From NCBI GenBank assembly GCA_963793305.1, contig CAWBZV010000003.1:416001-480000 (forward strand): a stretch of DNA of 64,000 nt, in the 5' to 3' direction. Position numbers and translations under genes: made by a program. Under the pieces are notes generated by a model. It was not told where the DNA came from and searched no databases. It saw only the letters and a program-made list of their open reading frames with translations. Positions 58,684 to 64,000 of the stretch are shown one piece after another (the first letter of the stretch is position 1; each line of letters opens with the position of its first letter). The stretch is from an uncultured Gemmatimonadales bacterium. Its GTDB lineage: Bacteria > Gemmatimonadota > Gemmatimonadetes > Gemmatimonadales > Gemmatimonadaceae.

Positions 58684-59790
58684 ATGCGATTGTTGCTGGT
58701 CCTATTCGCGGTCGCGAGCGTGGCGCAGGCGCAGGCTCCGGCGCCACTCGCCGTGTTGGACCCGATGCTCGATCTGTCGGCCGTTCCTTCGCGACCGCCG
58801 CTCGCCGCGCTCGCGACCCTCGACTCGAACGACGCCCACCAGTACTACGACGTGGGGATGGCATCGGTCGACACCAACCCATCCCTCGCGGCGGCGGCAT
58901 TTTTCTGGGCCAGTCGCCTCGATCCTTCGTGGGCCGAGCCCTACTTCGCCCGCTGGTACATGCTGCGGCGTGCGGCGCCGCGGTCGATCAGTGACTCTGT
59001 GCGGAACCTCGTCGATTCGCTGCGCGATGTGGCGCTCATGCGCGATCCGTTCGTCGACGAGCAAATCAGCTTGCAGGGGCGTTCGGACCGCCGCATTTCC
59101 AATTGGTACTTCGCATTCTCCGGACGGCGGTACGACCTCGCGTCGCAGGAGCTGGCGAAGTTGATCCCCAGGTATCCCAACGTGCTGGATGTGTACGTCT
59201 ATCGCGCCAAGGCCACGTACTACCTCCACCAGTATGACACCGCGGCCGCGATTCTCCAGTCGGCGATCGATCGGATCACGTTGTGGGATACGACGCGACT
59301 CCAGCGCCGCTATCTCGCCCGGACGATCTTCACCTACGCCATGGGCTTGGCCTACCAGCAGGGACACCGGGATTCGGCGGCGCGATCGGCGTTTCAGCTC
59401 ACGCTCACCGAGAACCTCGGGTTCTACATGGCACACGTGCACCTGGCGAGCGAGGCGCTCAGTGCGGGCGATACGGCGACGGCGATCGCCGAAGCGCAGC
59501 TTGCCGCCGAGATTCGGCCGGACGATCCAGTCGTGCAGCTGTTCTTGGGTCGGACGCTGCTCTCCGCGCATCGCCCGGACGAAGCCATCGAGCATTTGCG
59601 CGCGGCCACGGTCGCCGACCCCTACTTCGCGTTGCCGTATTATTACATCGGACAGGCGAGCGAGCTCGCGCACGACACGTCGGCCTCGCTCACGGCCTAT
59701 CGCGCTTTTCTCGCGCACGCCAGTCGTGCGGACAATTTGCGCACGAGCGCCGAGCAAGCGGTTCGGGCGCTGGGCGGAGGCGCCAAGTAA
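58684..59790 (+). CDS. secreted TPR protein, paralog 1
   Basis: Signal peptide; FFWASRLDPSWAEPYF, ENLGFYMAH, DPYFALPY. Confidence 0.8.
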   Translation: MRLLLVLFAVASVAQAQAPAPLAVLDPMLDLSAVPSRPPLAALATLDSNDAHQYYDVGMASVDTNPSLAAAAFFWASRLDPSWAEPYFARWYMLRRAAPRSISDSVRNLVDSLRDVALMRDPFVDEQISLQGRSDRRISNWYFAFSGRRYDLASQELAKLIPRYPNVLDVYVYRAKATYYLHQYDTAAAILQSAIDRITLWDTTRLQRRYLARTIFTYAMGLAYQQGHRDSAARSAFQLTLTENLGFYMAHVHLASEALSAGDTATAIAEAQLAAEIRPDDPVVQLFLGRTLLSAHRPDEAIEHLRAATVADPYFALPYYYIGQASELAHDTSASLTAYRAFLAHASRADNLRTSAEQAVRALGGGAK

Positions 59791-59874
59791 GCGAGTGATA
59801 TCGACGTAATCAATCCTTAACGAACGCGACACGGCGGTCGCGCTACATTGTTGCCCGTTTCTATCGGGCGATCG

Positions 59875-61167
59875 ATGCGGATCCTCGTCGTCGTATGCTC
59901 AATCGCGATCCTCGCGTGCAGTAGTGGCGCTCCTCCAGCCAAGCCTCCTGTGCCGGCTGGCCCTCTTCCATCGATGTACGATCTCACCCGTGCGCCTGAC
60001 CGCCCGCCCGTGGTATTCCGCGGTGCGCTGCAGAACAGAGTCGTGGAAGCCGATTCCGCCGGCCAGCAGGTGCTGCATCTCGAGCCCGGAGTGCCGGACA
60101 CGAACGACGCGAACACCTACTACCGCGCTGGCCTTGTCGCGATCTGGGCGAACCCGTCGGGCGCATCCGCGTCGTTCTACTGGGCGAGCCAACTCAATCC
60201 TGGTTGGGCCGACCCCTACTTCGCTCGCTGGTACACGCTTGCGAGGACCGGCCGACGCCTGCCGGATTCTGTGCAACAACGCGTCGACTCGCTCGTCTTG
60301 ACGGCGATGATTCACGACCCGTTCTTCGACGAACGGCTCACGATGGGCGATTTTGCGGGACAGGTTCACTCACATTTAGCCCTGGCTCAAAAGCAGGTCA
60401 ACGCCGCGGTCAGCCAAGAGAACCAACGGCGCCGCCAGAACGGCGAGCCGATGCTCGCCGCCTCGCGCCTCGTGCTCCCGCATACGTGGTATCTGGCATT
60501 CGCGGATCGCCATTTCGACAGTGCGTCGCATGATCTTGCGCGGGAGATCGCGAAGCACCCCGACGCATTGGAGCTCTACGTCTATCGCTCGAAGGCGCAG
60601 TACTACTTGCGGCAGTACGATAGCGCGGCGTCGACGCTGGCAGCCGCGATCCGCCGCGTCGACTTGAAAGACACGACCAAGCTCCTCCCCGTCTATTTCT
60701 CGCGCGAGATGTTCTACTATGCATCCGGCATCGCGTTGATGAACGCGAAACACGACTCGGCAGCGCGCTTCGCTTTCGAGAACGCCGTCACGGAGAATCT
60801 CGGCTTCTACATGGCCCACTTGCACCTGGCGAGCCGCGCCATCGCGCGACGCGACACTGCGACGGCGATCAACGAGGCACGGATCGCCGCGCAAATTCGC
60901 CCGACCGATCCGCTGGTGCAGTTCCTCTTCGGCTACTCGCTGCTCGACGCCGGGCATCCGGCGGATGCGATCGACGCACTGCGCGCGGCGGTCGCGGACG
61001 ATCCCTACTTCGCCTTGCCCTACTTTTACCTGGCGCAGGCGAGCGAAGCGGTACACGACACCGTCGGATCGCGTGAGAGCTATCGCGGATTCCTCGCACA
61101 CGCCACCCTGGCCGACACCTTGCGCAAGACCGCCGCGCGTGCAATTTCGCGCCTGGGCGGAACGTAA
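59875..61167 (+). CDS. TPR lipoprotein, paralog 2
   Basis: ILAC lipobox; same motifs as paralog 1. Confidence 0.8.
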   Translation: MRILVVVCSIAILACSSGAPPAKPPVPAGPLPSMYDLTRAPDRPPVVFRGALQNRVVEADSAGQQVLHLEPGVPDTNDANTYYRAGLVAIWANPSGASASFYWASQLNPGWADPYFARWYTLARTGRRLPDSVQQRVDSLVLTAMIHDPFFDERLTMGDFAGQVHSHLALAQKQVNAAVSQENQRRRQNGEPMLAASRLVLPHTWYLAFADRHFDSASHDLAREIAKHPDALELYVYRSKAQYYLRQYDSAASTLAAAIRRVDLKDTTKLLPVYFSREMFYYASGIALMNAKHDSAARFAFENAVTENLGFYMAHLHLASRAIARRDTATAINEARIAAQIRPTDPLVQFLFGYSLLDAGHPADAIDALRAAVADDPYFALPYFYLAQASEAVHDTVGSRESYRGFLAHATLADTLRKTAARAISRLGGT

Positions 61168-61185
61168 TTCACCGAAGGAGAGCGC

Positions 61186-62577
61186 ATGCGACCGATGGCT
61201 GTTGGCCTGCTGTGTCTCGCAATAGGATGCGGCACCGTTGCCCGTGCGCAGAAGACGCCGCCGGCGCCGGTCAAGCTTCCCGACATGTACGATCTGTCAC
61301 TCGTGCCCGCGCGGCCGACGGTCGTCACGGGGTCGACGAGCAACGTGATGCCGTTCGTCAAGGATCCGAAGACCGGCAAGTACGTGCGGGCCACGCCGAC
61401 CGCGGCGCCCGTCGATTCGACGCAGCCGGACACGAACGACGCCAGAACGTACTACGATGCCGGCGTCGCGTCGGTGGACGGTAACCCCGTTGGCGCGGCC
61501 GCGGCGTTCTACTGGGCCAGCCGCCTCAATCCGTCATGGGCCGAGCCGTACTTCGGACGTTGGTTCGTGCTGACGCAGGCGGCGGAGCGGACGGCGGTGC
61601 TCAAGAAGGACGACGCGAAGAAGAACAAGGATCTGGTGCTCGTGCCGGACAGCACGTTGAAGCACTTGGACTCGCTCGTAATCCTGGCGGACATCCACGA
61701 TCCGTTCTTCGACGAGAAGCTCGCCCTCGAGGCGGCCAGCGGCAATATGCACGGCTCGATCGCGCTGGCGAATACGCTCCGGAACAAGGCGATCAACGAG
61801 TATAACCGGGAGCAGATGTCGGAAGGCGAGCCGCCGTTCATGGGCTTCTACAACGGGTATAAGCTGGAGCACACGTGGTATACCGCGTACGTCGATCGCC
61901 ATTTCGACAGCGCGTCGGCCGACCTGGCGAAGTTGATCAAGAAGAACCCGGACGCGATCCAGCTCTATACGTATCGCGCGAAGGCCCAGTACTACCTCAA
62001 GCAGTTCGACAGCGCGACGGCCACGTTGAGCGCCGCGATCGCGCAGATCGAGAAGCGCGACACGACGAAGCTGCTCCCGGTATACATCTCGCGGGAGATG
62101 CTGACCTACTCGATCGCGATGGCGAACGCCCAAGCGCACCATGACTCGGCCGCGAAGGCGACCTTCCAGCTCGTGGTGACGCAGAACTTGGGCTTCCACA
62201 TGGCGCACCTGCATCTGGCGAGCCAGGCGCTTACCGCGCACGATACGGCGACGGCGATCACCGAAGCGCAGATCGCGGCCCAGATCCGGCCGGACGATCC
62301 CGTGGTGCAGCTCTTCCTCGGTTACGCGCTGATTAACGCGGGGCACATGAACGACGGCATCGACCATCTGCGGCAGGCGACGACGGTCGACCCGTACTAT
62401 TCGCTCCCGTACTACTATTTGGGCCAGGCGCTGGAGCAATCGCGTAATGACACCGCGGCGGTCTCCGCCTACCGCGGGTATCTGGCGCACGCCGCCCGTG
62501 GCGAGGGCCTGCGTCAAAGTGCCCAGGACGCGATCGGCATGCTGACGATGTCAAAGTCTCCGACGGCGACGCACTGA
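61186..62577 (+). CDS. secreted TPR protein, paralog 3
   Basis: Signal peptide; same motifs as paralog 1. Confidence 0.8.
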   Translation: MRPMAVGLLCLAIGCGTVARAQKTPPAPVKLPDMYDLSLVPARPTVVTGSTSNVMPFVKDPKTGKYVRATPTAAPVDSTQPDTNDARTYYDAGVASVDGNPVGAAAAFYWASRLNPSWAEPYFGRWFVLTQAAERTAVLKKDDAKKNKDLVLVPDSTLKHLDSLVILADIHDPFFDEKLALEAASGNMHGSIALANTLRNKAINEYNREQMSEGEPPFMGFYNGYKLEHTWYTAYVDRHFDSASADLAKLIKKNPDAIQLYTYRAKAQYYLKQFDSATATLSAAIAQIEKRDTTKLLPVYISREMLTYSIAMANAQAHHDSAAKATFQLVVTQNLGFHMAHLHLASQALTAHDTATAITEAQIAAQIRPDDPVVQLFLGYALINAGHMNDGIDHLRQATTVDPYYSLPYYYLGQALEQSRNDTAAVSAYRGYLAHAARGEGLRQSAQDAIGMLTMSKSPTATH

Positions 62578-64000
62578 TGCGCCGCCAGTGTCTCGTTCTC
62601 GCGCTCGCGTGGGCGCCGTGTGCGTTCGCGCAGCAGGACACGACGAAGCACGCCGTCCGCCAGTGGACGACCTATGAGGACCTGCAGCTCTTCAGTCAGG
62701 TGCTCGCTGAGCTCAAGCTGAACCATCCGGATTCGCTCGACACGCACACGCTCGTCATGTCGGCGATCGAGGGCATGGTGCACGCGGCCGACCCGCACTC
62801 GTTCGTGATTCCGGCGGTGCGGTTGAACTTCGCCAAGGAAGCCGATTACCGCGCGGGCAAGCTCGTGCCGGTTCCGGTCGAGTTTGTGGAGGTGCGGGGC
62901 GCGTATGTCGTCGCCGGCGCGGCGTCGGGATCGGAAGCGGAGCGCCTCGACATTTTGCCGGGCGATCGGCTGGTGGCGATCGATAGCGGGCCTGTTCGGG
63001 CCGAGAGCGTGGTGGAGCTCGAGGTGATGCTGTCGGGCGCCCCGAAGACGACCACGCTGCTGACGCTGGAGCGGCGGCGGCTCGATGGCTCGACCGTGCG
63101 CCTCGATCGGCGCCTCACGCGGCATGCTCCGGACGAGGAGTCGGCGGTCCCGGCGGTGTTCATGCTCGATCCGAAGACCGGGTACATCCGGATCACGACT
63201 TTCTTGAGCGATCGCGCCGCCGACGATCTCCACACCGCGCTCGGCACGTTGGACCACCAGGGGATGCAACGCTTGGTGCTCGATCTCCGTGATAACGGCG
63301 GCGGCAGCATCAAGCAAGCCGCGCACGTCGCCGGCGAGTTCTTGCCCAAGGGCATGCTCATCTACACGTCCGAGGGCCGCAAAAAGGATATCACCGACAC
63401 GGGCCGAGTGTCGCGCTCGTTCTTCGCGACGCGCGCAAAATATCCGCTCGTGGTGATGATCGACGGCGGGACCGCGAGCGCCTCGGAGCTCGTCGCGGGC
63501 GCGCTGCAGGATCACGACCGGGCGGTGATCATCGGGCGTCCGAGTTTCGGGAAGGCATTGCTCATGGTCCCGCTGGCGATGAGCGACGGCTCGTCGCTCA
63601 TGATGGTCGTCGGCCACGTCCGCACGCCGTGTGGCCGGATCGTGCAGCGCAGCTATCGTGGTCTCGCCCTTCGCGACTACTACGAAGGCGCGTGGTCGTC
63701 GCGTGACACGACGGGGCGTCCCTCGTGCAAGACCGACGCGGGCCGGACGGTCTATGGCGGCGGGGGGATCGTGCCCGATGTGCTGCTCCCGACGCACCTC
63801 GGCGCGCCGCCCTGGTTCGAGCGCATCGAGGAGGATCGGTTGGTGTTGCAGTGGATCGGCGGGTATCTCGACGCGCACGGCGCGCAGTACACGACGCTCG
63901 ACGCATTCGCGGCCGCACCGACGATCCCACCGGAGGCGATCGCCGACTTCCGCACGTTCGTGGCGTCGCACGGGGATTCGGCGGCGACGGGTGATGCGGC
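62577..64000 (+). CDS. S41 C-terminal processing peptidase (3' partial; absent from the ORF track)
   Basis: MRRQCLVLALAW...; PDZ-like region; LDLRDNGGG, TASASELVAGALQD, SFGK. Confidence 0.88.
   Translation, partial: MRRQCLVLALAWAPCAFAQQDTTKHAVRQWTTYEDLQLFSQVLAELKLNHPDSLDTHTLVMSAIEGMVHAADPHSFVIPAVRLNFAKEADYRAGKLVPVPVEFVEVRGAYVVAGAASGSEAERLDILPGDRLVAIDSGPVRAESVVELEVMLSGAPKTTTLLTLERRRLDGSTVRLDRRLTRHAPDEESAVPAVFMLDPKTGYIRITTFLSDRAADDLHTALGTLDHQGMQRLVLDLRDNGGGSIKQAAHVAGEFLPKGMLIYTSEGRKKDITDTGRVSRSFFATRAKYPLVVMIDGGTASASELVAGALQDHDRAVIIGRPSFGKALLMVPLAMSDGSSLMMVVGHVRTPCGRIVQRSYRGLALRDYYEGAWSSRDTTGRPSCKTDAGRTVYGGGGIVPDVLLPTHLGAPPWFERIEEDRLVLQWIGGYLDAHGAQYTTLDAFAAAPTIPPEAIADFRTFVASHGDSAATGDA

Noticed and set aside
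62514..63971. Long antisense ORFs (this one and others, e.g. 5980-7332, 47885-49123)
   Set aside because: High-GC shadow frames opposite well-supported genes.

Overview
High-GC bacterial chromosomal segment, Gemmatimonadota-like judging only from gene content and protein style. About ten conserved genes carry single-base frameshifts, mostly an extra T, which look like consensus errors. Bases 0.3-22.3 kb hold a large tetrahydromethanopterin/methanofuran-linked C1 cluster: fae, MtdA/C-type mtd, mch, fhcBADC, mptG, mfnB, orf5, orfY, orf7, orf20, DUF447, pabBAC and pterin enzymes. The remainder is mostly housekeeping: an M16 protease pair, ECF sigma/anti-sigma pairs, holA, mntH-mntR, mutS, cbs, ddl, queF, aroF-pheA with an aromatic leader-peptide attenuator, Ku, a truncated dnaA paralog flanked by DnaA boxes, and three TPR paralogs followed by an S41 protease. 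The best candidate for an undescribed system is an RNA-only locus at 35.69-36.0 kb. It has a tRNA with a full Leu-type body but a CGC (Ala) anticodon, a leader and trailer that fold back over it, and a separately promoted ~75-nt three-hairpin RNA complementary to its variable arm, D-arm and anticodon loop. This resembles a mistranslating-tRNA toxin with an anti-tRNA antitoxin. Also notable: a split, membrane-anchored Cas4-like nuclease (one half is missing from the ORF track) and a MIRU/RPE-like translated repeat family.
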